Source of the DNA: Patescibacteria group bacterium
GTDB lineage: Bacteria > Patescibacteriota > JAQUNI01
Assembly (NCBI GenBank): GCA_028717685.1
Contig: JAQUNI010000004.1
Span: forward strand, 8,599-72,598
Direction of reading: 5' to 3'
Length of the DNA stretch: 64,000 bases
A model generated the notes under the pieces. It was not told the origin of the DNA, did no database searches, and was given only the letters and a program-made list of their open reading frames with translations. Of the stretch, positions 9,933 to 18,766 are shown piece by piece; the first letter of the stretch is position 1, and each line of letters begins with the position of its first letter. Made by a program: the position numbers and the translations under genes.

Positions 9933-11783
9933 TCAACTCAATGCCGTACCGATAATTTCGTTAATGTCTTTGATCCCTTGTTCCTGCAAGTAATTTTCTA
10001 ATCCTTTAATCACCTCCTCCATCGTCTTTGAATTTGTAAAAGTGGCAGTGCCGATTTCTACTGCTTGGGCGCCAACTATTAAAAACTCTACTGCATCTTG
10101 CCAAGTCATAATCCCGCCGCAGCCGATAAGCGGCACTCCTAGCTTCGCTCGCGCTAATTCATAGATAAACCGCAGGGCGATGGGCTTAATACTTGGTCCA
10201 GATTGACCGCCAAGAATGATTTTGCCATTCACAAATCCTAAAGCGGGTATGGTGTTAATAGCCGAGAGAGCATTGGTCCCTGCTTCTGCGGCGGCTTCGG
10301 CGATTTGGACAATTGAGGCAACCGCGGGAGTGAGTTTCGTAATAAGAGGCAAAGAAGTTGCCTCTCTTACCGCGCTTACTACTTCAAAAGCCGTTCTCGG
10401 GTTTTGACCAAAAGCCATTCCGCCTCTTTCCGTGTTCGGGCACGAAATGTTTATTTCTATTGCGGCGATGCCTTCCACCACATCAAGGATTTTTGCTAGT
10501 TTTTGATACTCTTCCACCGTACTGCCGCAGATATTGACAATAATCGGCGGCTTTAGAGTTCTTAAGAAGGGCATCTTTTCAGCAACGAATTTTTTGACCC
10601 CCGGGTTTTGCAGACCGATACGGTTGATCATACCTTGAGGTATTTCACAGAGCCGAGGTTGATCCGCGCCATCTCTTGGTTCTAAAGTAATTCCTTTTGT
10701 AATTATGGCGCCCAGAGTATTGAGATCCACAAGATCAGTAAATTCTTTGCCGTAGCCAAACGTGCCCGAAGCCGGCATCACTGGATTTTTTAGTTCTATA
10801 TCGCCGATATTCACAGTAAGATTTACCCCGTTAGAGGAAGCCATTGACGAAGTTAGTAGCTTAAAGGCGCTGTTAATGGGGTCGGCGCATACCGTTAGAG
10901 AATTTTGTTCTGTAACGGGGTTGACATTTTTTTCTTTTTCAGTAGGACTAGTTGCGGGGCTAGTTATTGTAGTGTCCAGGATTTTTCGTTGAGGGTCATA
11001 TTTATCCCAGACCACCTTTGCGGCATCAAATACCGGACCCTTTTCACAAACCCTTTGGTTGCCAGAAGTTGTGGGAATTGCGCAGCCCAAGCACGCGCCT
11101 ACGCCGCAAACTATTATCGTCTCTAAACTTACTTCGCAAGGGATTTGATGCTCTTTTGCGATTTCGGCTACTACTTTTAGCATTGGGCGAGGTCCTACTG
11201 CATAGATCATTCTCATATCAGCTGGTAATTGTTTTGCGGAAAGAGTGTTTTCTAGAAGTTCTGTGACTGTTCCTCTATATCCCAGTGACCCATCTTCCGT
11301 GGTCATCCTGACCTTCATTATTTCGTATTCCACAGGCGGGCAGATAATTGAGGATTCATTTTTTGCCCCTATCAAAAATAGAGGTTTGGTATGTCCGAGA
11401 GAACAGAGAGATCTAGCCCAAAAAATTAAAGGCGCGATGCCCATTCCTCCGGCGACAAGGATAGGGTTCTTAATTTCAGGATTGATGGTAAAGCCATTGC
11501 CTCCTAGTGGTCCTCGGAGATCTACCGTGTCTCCTGCTTGTGCTTGCGCTAGCCACTCTGTACCCGGTCCGACTGTTTTATAAAATAAGGAAATAAAACA
11601 CCCTTCTTCCGCACCGGCAATGCTAAATGGTCGCCAAAACAATACTCCTCCCCCACATTTTACAGTGATAAATTGCCCTGGTTTTGCCTCTTTCGCAACT
11701 TCTGGACACTCAAGATTCATTTGGTAAATTAGAGGACCTATTTTTTGGTTCTTTAAGACAGTTGCCTTAATCTCGTAAATCAT
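9933..11783 (-). CDS. Fused dihydroorotate dehydrogenase, class 1B: electron-transfer subunit (PyrK) plus catalytic subunit (PyrD)
   Basis: N-terminal part has an FNR-like FAD/NAD fold plus a C-terminal Cys cluster 'CGVGACLGC'. C-terminal part has DHODH motifs 'NPVMPASGTFGYG', 'NISCPNT', 'GGI'. Confidence 0.8.
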   Translation of the reverse strand: MIYEIKATVLKNQKIGPLIYQMNLECPEVAKEAKPGQFITVKCGGGVLFWRPFSIAGAEEGCFISLFYKTVGPGTEWLAQAQAGDTVDLRGPLGGNGFTINPEIKNPILVAGGMGIAPLIFWARSLCSLGHTKPLFLIGAKNESSIICPPVEYEIMKVRMTTEDGSLGYRGTVTELLENTLSAKQLPADMRMIYAVGPRPMLKVVAEIAKEHQIPCEVSLETIIVCGVGACLGCAIPTTSGNQRVCEKGPVFDAAKVVWDKYDPQRKILDTTITSPATSPTEKEKNVNPVTEQNSLTVCADPINSAFKLLTSSMASSNGVNLTVNIGDIELKNPVMPASGTFGYGKEFTDLVDLNTLGAIITKGITLEPRDGADQPRLCEIPQGMINRIGLQNPGVKKFVAEKMPFLRTLKPPIIVNICGSTVEEYQKLAKILDVVEGIAAIEINISCPNTERGGMAFGQNPRTAFEVVSAVREATSLPLITKLTPAVASIVQIAEAAAEAGTNALSAINTIPALGFVNGKIILGGQSGPSIKPIALRFIYELARAKLGVPLIGCGGIMTWQDAVEFLIVGAQAVEIGTATFTNSKTMEEVIKGLENYLQEQGIKDINEIIGTALS

Positions 11784-11887
11784 TTATTCTCACCGCCTTG
11801 AACATCAATGTTTTTTTAAATGAGCCATCTAAAAAAGTCTAAAGAGACCTCCTCTTTAGACTTTGTAAAAAATGTCAATAAGTGTGA

Positions 11888-12475
11888 TCATTTGTGTTTT
11901 AATTCCGCGTTTTCTATTTTTACAAGAGAAAATTTTCCTGCCCGTTTTTCTAATTCTAATATAGCACAATCTCCAAGATGCGCCAATTCACCTGTTTTGA
12001 TAATTTCTCGCAGAACGCAACGGATAGGGCCGCCGTGAGTGATAATAGCAATGGTATTATAATTCATCGTTGCAATTTTTTGCCAAGTTCTGATCACTCT
12101 TTCTTTAAAGCGGGCATAGGTCTCGGCACCTTTGATGGCGTTGCGATAATCTTTTAGAAGCTCTATTTCTTTAGGGTACTTTTGAATTGCTTCTCCCTTG
12201 TTCATTCCCGTTAAAAAACCATAGTTATTTCTTTCGCGGAGGTCCTTAATAGTTTTTATTGGAATTCCTAAAGTATTTTTTAGAATCTTGGCGGTTTCGC
12301 TAGCGCGCAAGTAAGGGCTTCTGAAAATGATTTCAATTTTTTTGTCTGTAAGTTTTTTAGCCAATGCTTCGGCTTGCTCTTTACCCCTTTCTGTCAGATG
12401 ATCGTCATAATCGCCCCCAAAAAGATTTTTAACATCAGATTCACTCTCACCATGACGGATTAAATAAATTCGCAT
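11888..12475 (-). CDS. Histidine phosphatase family protein (phosphoglycerate-mutase-like)
   Basis: 'MRIYLIRHGESE' RHG catalytic motif, 195 aa. Confidence 0.7.
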   Translation of the reverse strand: MRIYLIRHGESESDVKNLFGGDYDDHLTERGKEQAEALAKKLTDKKIEIIFRSPYLRASETAKILKNTLGIPIKTIKDLRERNNYGFLTGMNKGEAIQKYPKEIELLKDYRNAIKGAETYARFKERVIRTWQKIATMNYNTIAIITHGGPIRCVLREIIKTGELAHLGDCAILELEKRAGKFSLVKIENAELKHK

Positions 12476-12485
12476 AGTTTATTGT

Positions 12486-12652
12486 GAATTACGAAATTTT
12501 CATAGAATCATAAAACATTCCTCACCTTGACCTGCGGAAGGGTTTAATAAATGACTATTCTCCCACCCCCTCCATCTCCCCCTCGGGCAGGGGGAGAGCC
12601 GCTCCCACCCCTCCTTTCTCCCCTTCTGGCGGGGGAAGTGAGTTGCGTAATT
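12486..12652. repeat. GC-rich MITE family A, copy 1, with TIRs (GAATTACG...CGTAATT) and CTCCCCCTCGGGCAGGGGGAG hairpin core
   Basis: Shared modules with copies at 24.57, 26.7, 33.3, 42.9, 45.65, 46.9 kb. Intergenic between the histidine phosphatase and surE. Confidence 0.7.
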
Positions 12653-12702
12653 TAAGAACAGTTAATATTTTTTAATGAATTTTAGTGTTTCTTCTATAGT
12701 TA

Positions 12703-13506
12703 TTATAATTCAATAGTGAAATTTTTGAGTTTTAAACAGACATCTTCTTCTGAAAAGGTTGTTTGGCAAGGGGTGATGGAGATATATCCTTTTCTAATCG
12801 CGTTGCCGTCAAATTCCACACTTTTTTCTTTGCTCGCGACCGTGACTGCTGAAGGATGGATATAATAATGCTCTTTGTGATTAATATTGACAGAGCAAGA
12901 ATAAAAATCGGTTACCGAAGGCAAGGGTTTGGTAAATTTTACTTCGTTACTTTTTAAGAGCGGCAGATTGATATTCAATAATTCATAGCCCCAGAAATTA
13001 TTTTTCAAAACCAAATCAATAATCTTTTTTACTTTTTGTCCTGGGTACTCGAGATAGGATTCAAGATCCATTTTAAGATCGCCATTTTCATACCAACGTT
13101 CGGGCGGACAGTTCCAGCTTACTGCCAGCCCCTTTTTCGCTATTGGCAAATTTAGGGCGCGGAAGGCGGCGGCATAAGTGCCGGAGGACATTATGGCTCC
13201 GGTCACATTGGCTCCTAAATTAATCCCTGAAATCACTAAATCAAATATTTCTTTAAAATAATTCCAGGCAAATTCCACCGCGTCGCAAGGAGTGCCGTCA
13301 ACCCAAATCGCTTTTATACCATTGACCGTAGTTTCGCCCCATCGCACTTTTTGATCAAAGGTTAGCTTGCCTCCTACGCCGCTTTGCTGTTTTTTGGTGC
13401 CTGCTATCGTGAGTTTATATTGGTCTTTTAGAAAATGAACCAGAAGTTTCGTACCGATGGAATTATACCCGTCATCGCCGGTAATCAAGATGTTTTTAAT
13501 TTTCAT
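12703..13506 (-). CDS. surE: 5'/3'-nucleotidase SurE. Start at 13506 (MKIKNILITGDDG).
   Basis: 'ILITGDDGYNSIG' SurE N-terminal motif. The longer ORF to 13575 reads into a palindromic repeat and is likely artifactual. Confidence 0.75.
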   Translation of the reverse strand: MKIKNILITGDDGYNSIGTKLLVHFLKDQYKLTIAGTKKQQSGVGGKLTFDQKVRWGETTVNGIKAIWVDGTPCDAVEFAWNYFKEIFDLVISGINLGANVTGAIMSSGTYAAAFRALNLPIAKKGLAVSWNCPPERWYENGDLKMDLESYLEYPGQKVKKIIDLVLKNNFWGYELLNINLPLLKSNEVKFTKPLPSVTDFYSCSVNINHKEHYYIHPSAVTVASKEKSVEFDGNAIRKGYISITPCQTTFSEEDVCLKLKNFTIEL

Positions 13507-13657
13507 ATTGTCATTGCGAGGAGAGCCTTTAGCCAGATCCCTCGCTTCCGCTCGGGACAGGCTTCGCAATCTCATCGAGCTATATTATACAGATTTATGA
13601 GATTGTTTCGGTCGGCATTAGATGCCTCCTTCGTTAATAGGCGATACATTTCATAAC

Positions 13658-14089
13658 TTAAGGTTTAATAAGACTAAGGAATGATTTCGTGGTAGGTAGA
13701 AAATCAAAATTGGCAATTTCGGATTTTTTAATCCATTTCAAGTCATGGATTTTAGGATCATTAAGGTGTAGTTTGCCATTTACGAAATGGCAGTGGTAGG
13801 CGTGAAGCGTAATGTGCAAAATATAATCCTGATGTTCCCAAATGGCAGAGATGGGTTTTTTTAACTTTTTTAAAATTTTCACATTAAGCCCTGTCTCCTC
13901 CGCGATTTCCCGCAAAAGCGCCTGCCTTGATGTTTCGCCTGTTTCTATCTTGCCGCCGGGCACATCCCACTTTAGATGGGCTTTGGGCACTTCGGGATTA
14001 AACCGTTGGCTAATTAAAATCTCCCCTCTTTCATTTTCAATAATCCCAATCACACCGGTTATTTTCACGATTTGTTTTGAGGTTTTCAT
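13658..14089 (-). CDS. NUDIX hydrolase
   Basis: Nudix box 'GGKIETGETSRQALLREIAEETGL'. Confidence 0.75.
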   Translation of the reverse strand: MKTSKQIVKITGVIGIIENERGEILISQRFNPEVPKAHLKWDVPGGKIETGETSRQALLREIAEETGLNVKILKKLKKPISAIWEHQDYILHITLHAYHCHFVNGKLHLNDPKIHDLKWIKKSEIANFDFLPTTKSFLSLIKP

Positions 14090-14140
14090 ATGATTACTTC
14101 TTTGATTTGAGAAAAGTTTAGAGACACTTTCGGAGCAGAA

Positions 14141-14698
14141 TCAATTTAAGCCATTTAATTTTTGAATAATTTTCCCTATCTTTTTATTTGCTTCCGCGCT
14201 ATTTTTAACTTCATTATTTTTTAAGGCTTGGAAATAGTATGCTTTTTCCGTTTTTATTTTATGCGCGGAGGCGAAATATTGCAGAGCTTCCCCTGCTACT
14301 CTTTGTGAATTTTTAATCTTACCGCCGCCCACAACAATAGAGAATATTCTTTTTCCTGCCAGCACGTCAGTTTCATAAAAAGGATTAGTGCGGTCTATAA
14401 AATTTTTTAAGAGTCCAGGGACATTGTCAAAATAATTCGGCGTCCCAATCACATAAATATCTGCCCAAGTCATTAGTTTATAAAGTGTATCCATATCATC
14501 GTGAAGCGCGCATTGATTGCTCTTGTCGCAGGCGAGACAACCTTTGCAATGGGTGATTTTTTGAATCCTTAATAAAATCAATCTTTTGCTTTTAGTTTTA
14601 AGACCTTGAAAAATTTTTTTCAAAATAAATTCTGTATTGCCGTACCGCGGACTGCCAGAGATTAAGAGAAATTTAGGCATAGGGTTGTTAATTAACAC
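14141..14698 (-). CDS. Iron-sulfur flavoprotein (Isf-like; NADPH-dependent FMN reductase fold)
   Basis: Flavodoxin-like N-terminus 'LLISGSPRYGNT'. Compact Cys motif 'CKGCLACDKSNQC' (CX2CX2CX5C) characteristic of Isf. Confidence 0.6.
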   Translation of the reverse strand: MLINNPMPKFLLISGSPRYGNTEFILKKIFQGLKTKSKRLILLRIQKITHCKGCLACDKSNQCALHDDMDTLYKLMTWADIYVIGTPNYFDNVPGLLKNFIDRTNPFYETDVLAGKRIFSIVVGGGKIKNSQRVAGEALQYFASAHKIKTEKAYYFQALKNNEVKNSAEANKKIGKIIQKLNGLN

Positions 14699-14750
14699 TA
14701 GAAATCGAAAGTAATTATAGATTATCTTTCTTTTATCTAAAGGTCAACCT

Positions 14751-15431
14751 TTAAAGCCGACATTTTAGAATCGTCCATAAACCCTTTAGACCATCCTGGA
14801 AACGAATTTTTTTGCCTTGGGCAAAGGTGCGCGGATAGTAATGAATAGGTATCTCTTTAATTTTGATTCCCCTTTTTAATATTTTTGCCGTGATTTCCGC
14901 TTCTATCTCAAAACCATTTGTTCGCAGATTTAGGGAGCGCGCTAAAGTAAGGGGCAGCAGCTTATAACACGTGTAGATATCCGTTAACTTTGCGCGAAAA
15001 AGAAGATTGGTAATGCCAGTTAGAATTTGCACTCCTAAAGAGCAGCACAGATAGCCTTCTTGTTTTGGTTTTAAATTGCGAGAGCCATAAACTACAGGCG
15101 TGTCTTTATTCCGAGATCGCAATAGCACTTTATAATCTTCAGGGTCATATTCTAAATCCGCATCTTGAATAAGAATGAGACTGCCCTCCGCTTTATTCAA
15201 CGCGGTTCTGATTGCCCTTCCTTTGCCTAGATTCTTGGAATGATGGATTAAGCGCAAAGGCAATTGATTTTTGAGTGTTTTTAATATTGTTAATGTGCGG
15301 TCAGAAGAGCCATCATCAATAATAATAATTTCTTTTTCATAATTTAAAGAAGATGCTTGCTGGACCTTTTCTAAAATTTTAGCAATCGTATTTTCTTCAT
15401 TAAAAACAGGAATGATAATAGAGAGTTTCAT
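14751..15431 (-). CDS. GT2 family glycosyltransferase (polyprenyl-phosphate sugar synthase / DPM1-like). Start at 15431 (MKLSIIIPVFNEE).
   Basis: 'SIIIPVFNEE' and 'IIIIDDGSSDRT' GT2 signatures, plus a 'QDADL' DxD region. The alternative upstream start at 15512 would overlap the next gene. Confidence 0.75.
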   Translation of the reverse strand: MKLSIIIPVFNEENTIAKILEKVQQASSLNYEKEIIIIDDGSSDRTLTILKTLKNQLPLRLIHHSKNLGKGRAIRTALNKAEGSLILIQDADLEYDPEDYKVLLRSRNKDTPVVYGSRNLKPKQEGYLCCSLGVQILTGITNLLFRAKLTDIYTCYKLLPLTLARSLNLRTNGFEIEAEITAKILKRGIKIKEIPIHYYPRTFAQGKKIRFQDGLKGLWTILKCRL

Positions 15432-15498
15432 ATGAAATTTATCTGTCTTTCGCGAGAAGGCGTTGCTTATGAGCCTTGGGTAGCGTCCATAAATTTTT

Positions 15499-17142
15499 TT
15501 ATTTAGCCTCAAAAATCAAAATCACATCCAGCCAAGAAGGCGCGCGCGGCGGCGCAGGCTCCTCAATTTCCATTAGACGAAAGTTAGCTTGTAATTTTTG
15601 GCGCAAGATTTCATTCAGGGGATTATCTGTTTTATAGAGTACCCAAATCTTGCGACCGGACACACTTTGCGTTTTTAGCTGCTGGACTAAATCTTCCGCC
15701 TCTTGCGCATATTTGTTTTCTTTCTTGAGCATATCCTTCAGATTTTTCCAACCAGTATGAATGCCCATCTCCGCGGGATAGTAAAACAAACTGAATTTTT
15801 TTTTGCCTTGATTCTCGCGGCTGAAATAATAATCAAAAGTGGCACCGGACAGGTCTGTGGCAATAACCATATCCTGATCACGTAAGCGGTTGAGTAAAGA
15901 GAGGCTTATGGTTTTGTCCGTGCTTTGATATTGGCGAATAAGATCTTGTTCTGCTACCACTTTTTTGGCAGCAAAGATTACAAGAGTAATGGTTAAAATC
16001 GCAAGCAGGAAACGGCTTCTGATTTGGGCAAAGAAATAAGCTAAGAGTAAAAGAAAGGCAGGCAAGACAATTATTTCATAGCGTCCCGCCACATAAATAG
16101 GTTTAAACTTTGAAACAGCGAAGGCCGCGATTAAGGGAAAAATAAAATATAGGACGAGACTGGTCCATACTACGGTTTTTAGCTGATGGTCGCGAGTAAG
16201 ATGCTTCTCGTCTAACTTCGGGCAGGATATTTGGAGTTCCCGCAGAAAAAATATATAAAAACCTGCAATAATCGCAAAAATAAGGTAAGGCCAAAAAACA
16301 CCGAAGGTGAAATATTTAAAACTTTGCCCTAAAATTTCAATTTTTACTTTACTTATCCAGGCATTTACTCCCATTTGGCTTTGATGGATGATGATTAGAA
16401 TATTCGGCACAATTAATAACAGGATCAGGCATATTGTTCCCAAGATTTTTTTAAAAGGCAAAGGATATTTTTTGAGACGAAAAATAAAAAGGCTTAAAAT
16501 TTGACTAGCCAGAATTAAAAAAATCCAAGGATGGGTATAGATGCCGGCAAGCGTGGAAAGAAGATAAAAAATGTAAGCGGAAATTTTATCCCTGCTCGCC
16601 GCCCTATGAGCTCGTGGAGCTTCACTTTCGCGCGTGATTTTCCAAAAAAAGTAAAAAGAGGCAAGGCCTAAAAAAGCAGCGAGAGTGTAGGGTCGAGTTT
16701 GGGCGCCAAACCAGAGCAGGAAATAGCTGGTGCTAGCGAGGATACTGGCCAGCAGGCCTGCTTTTGGACTTTGAAAAATTTCCTTGGCGACTTTAAAAAT
16801 GAACCCGATTAAAACCAAAGCCATACAGGCGGAGAAGCCGCGCAAAGCCGTCTCACTATTTCCCCAGATCAAACTCCAAATTTTCATTATATAGATGTAA
16901 AAAAGAGGGTGGCCATCCATAACTGCTCGGCTGTAAATTTGAGGAAAAGGCAGCGCGATAATTTTGGCTACCGCCGCTTCATCCAGCCAGAGAGCCCTTG
17001 CGCCGAGGTGGTCAAAAATAAAAAGCGCAGCCAGGACAAGGCAGGCGAGCAAGCCTAAAAGAGGCTTATTTTTTATTATTCTCAATTTTAAATCTTTCAC
17101 GCGGGAGGACAAATTGTTCAATAACTTTTTGATTTTGGGCAT
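15499..17142 (-). CDS. GT-C fold membrane glycosyltransferase (ArnT/PMT, GT39/GT83-like)
   Basis: Polytopic N-terminal membrane domain with a 'LWLDEAAVA' DE motif in the first loop, and a soluble C-terminal domain. Its first 77 nt overlap the upstream gene, so the start is uncertain. Confidence 0.55.
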   Translation of the reverse strand: MPKIKKLLNNLSSRVKDLKLRIIKNKPLLGLLACLVLAALFIFDHLGARALWLDEAAVAKIIALPFPQIYSRAVMDGHPLFYIYIMKIWSLIWGNSETALRGFSACMALVLIGFIFKVAKEIFQSPKAGLLASILASTSYFLLWFGAQTRPYTLAAFLGLASFYFFWKITRESEAPRAHRAASRDKISAYIFYLLSTLAGIYTHPWIFLILASQILSLFIFRLKKYPLPFKKILGTICLILLLIVPNILIIIHQSQMGVNAWISKVKIEILGQSFKYFTFGVFWPYLIFAIIAGFYIFFLRELQISCPKLDEKHLTRDHQLKTVVWTSLVLYFIFPLIAAFAVSKFKPIYVAGRYEIIVLPAFLLLLAYFFAQIRSRFLLAILTITLVIFAAKKVVAEQDLIRQYQSTDKTISLSLLNRLRDQDMVIATDLSGATFDYYFSRENQGKKKFSLFYYPAEMGIHTGWKNLKDMLKKENKYAQEAEDLVQQLKTQSVSGRKIWVLYKTDNPLNEILRQKLQANFRLMEIEEPAPPRAPSWLDVILIFEAK

Positions 17143-18766
17143 TGCGTTTTAAGAAAATAAGGGTGTAATCATCAACAAAGACTGGCGCCCAAGCAGGATC
17201 TTCAACGCGCTCGACTAAAAATTTTTGCGTCCAAGGAGTGAGGTCGTGATAAGCAAATACGATCGCGTTAAAGTTGTATTTTTGTTCTTGCGCTTGCCAG
17301 ATTTCTTCTTTTTCCTGCATAGGAATATAGACTTCTTTGAAGAAAGAAGCGGGATAAGCCTCTGGTCGGTTATCAACGAAGATACGTTCCCGCGGATAAA
17401 GGTGAAAGATTAAATAACTTCCAATATCGTAATTATTAAAAATAGGTCCTTTAATTTTTTCCTTTTGCAGAAATTCCGCCGCCGCGCTATTTCCTGGGGA
17501 AAGTCCTAAACGGACATTATAATTTATTTGGCATTTGGGGTCGGATAGAAAGAAAATCAAAATAAAAATAGCAGTGAGAACATATGCGATTTTAAAGGAC
17601 CAAGAATGAAATGAAATCCGAGAGGCAAGAATATTCTTTAAGTTAATCGCCAAGATAGGTAAAGTAAAAAGCCCAGAAAGCGTAAAATTGCGCAAAGCCC
17701 ACCAGCCCATAAAACTAAAAATCGCGGCAAGGCAGAAAAGGGGCAATGAAAATTTACCCTCCTTCGCCGAAAGCCACGGCTGTAAGCCCGTGGATATAGG
17801 CGAAGAGGGTACCCTTCCGTAGCTCCGAAGGAGCGAAGGAGGGTAGGCTTCGGAAGGGTTTCGTCGCTGAAAGATTAGTAAGAGAGCAAAGCTTAAAATA
17901 AGCAAGCCGAAGATGATTTCAAAGAGCAGGAGATTAGGATCTTGCAATCCGTATTTTTCTAAAAAAATCACGGATTTATTTTCTAAAATCTCATAGCCAT
18001 AATTTTGAAAAATTTTGAACGGATAGATCGCCCCTTTAGCAAAAAATGGGTTAATAAGGCTTGCAAGGCAAACCAAAATTAAGATGAGACCGATTTTTTT
18101 GATTTTTTGGGGGGAGAAAAAAACAAGCCTTTCTAATAAAAAAACAGCGATTAAAACCGGTCCTAGGAAAAAATAAATATGGGTGTTGACCCAAAGGATT
18201 TGGATGATCGGCAGGAGAAAAAGCCATTTAAAGGGAAGCCGACCATTTCGGTATTCCCAAAGCAGCCAAAAAAACAAACTTGCGAAAAGATAGGTGAAGA
18301 TTTCCGGCCGCGCTTCGCCGCGCTCCGCAATGAGGGGAAGGACTAAAAAAGAAACGATGCTCGCAAGTCCTAATCCCGCCTCTTTTTTAGTTAGAATGAA
18401 AAAGAGCGTGAAAACGATAAAGCTGGCAACAACATAGAAAAGATGTAGGCCAGTAAAACCCGTAAATTGCAAAACAAGGTAAAAGATTACCGCGCTGCCC
18501 CAATGGTGGTTTACAAAGGGGAAATCAGGATAAGTGTAAGAATAATAATTTTCAAAAAGATGTTGAAAATTGCCTTGCAGGATAAGCTCGCCATTTTTCA
18601 GGTGCCGCCCTAAGTCTGCCGTGGTTAAATCAATGGGGCGAATTAAAAAAAGAGAGTACCAAGTAAGCAAAAGAAATAAGACAAAAATAAATTTCTTTTT
18701 TTGAATAAAGAAATCTGTAATTTTGGGCATTGTTTTTGGACTTATATCTCTATCCCTATTGGGCAA
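17066..18766 (-). CDS. Polytopic membrane protein, probable GT-C-type glycosyltransferase. Contains an in-frame GC-rich palindromic insertion.
   Basis: 566 aa, more than 10 TM segments. Residues 'NPSEAYPPSLLRSYGRVPSSPISTGLQPWLSAKEG' are encoded by a GC-rich palindromic block (about 17755-17880) unlike the flanking AT-rich coding sequence. Confidence 0.5.
   Translation of the reverse strand: MPNRDRDISPKTMPKITDFFIQKKKFIFVLFLLLTWYSLFLIRPIDLTTADLGRHLKNGELILQGNFQHLFENYYSYTYPDFPFVNHHWGSAVIFYLVLQFTGFTGLHLFYVVASFIVFTLFFILTKKEAGLGLASIVSFLVLPLIAERGEARPEIFTYLFASLFFWLLWEYRNGRLPFKWLFLLPIIQILWVNTHIYFFLGPVLIAVFLLERLVFFSPQKIKKIGLILILVCLASLINPFFAKGAIYPFKIFQNYGYEILENKSVIFLEKYGLQDPNLLLFEIIFGLLILSFALLLIFQRRNPSEAYPPSLLRSYGRVPSSPISTGLQPWLSAKEGKFSLPLFCLAAIFSFMGWWALRNFTLSGLFTLPILAINLKNILASRISFHSWSFKIAYVLTAIFILIFFLSDPKCQINYNVRLGLSPGNSAAAEFLQKEKIKGPIFNNYDIGSYLIFHLYPRERIFVDNRPEAYPASFFKEVYIPMQEKEEIWQAQEQKYNFNAIVFAYHDLTPWTQKFLVERVEDPAWAPVFVDDYTLIFLKRNAQNQKVIEQFVLPRERFKIENNKK
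17755..17880. repeat. GC-rich palindromic element (family C-like, cttcgccgaa / ggcttcgg / cccttccg motifs) inserted in-frame within a CDS
   Basis: Nested inverted repeats 'ccacggctgtaagcccgtgg' and 'cccttccg...cggaaggg'. Composition contrasts with the surrounding gene. Related motifs occur at 21.4 kb and 43.1-43.5 kb. Confidence 0.5.

Noticed and set aside
7271-13518. 13-nt identity 'cattgcgaggaga' between the 7272 region (inside the Nudix CDS) and 13504
   Set aside because: A single 13-mer match is expected by chance many times in a 64 kb self-comparison, and there is no extended similarity.
13500-13575. N-terminal extension of surE (MRLRSLSRAEARDLAKGSPRNDN) and the analogous extensions of the HD gene (MEPTNNISYVRN), the Nudix 6844 gene, GT2 and lepA
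   Set aside because: The extensions are encoded by palindromic repeats or overlap upstream genes. Conserved family N-termini (MKIKNILITGDDG, MKPAQ, MSNQNL, MKLSIIIP, MNQSEI) start at internal ATGs with better context.
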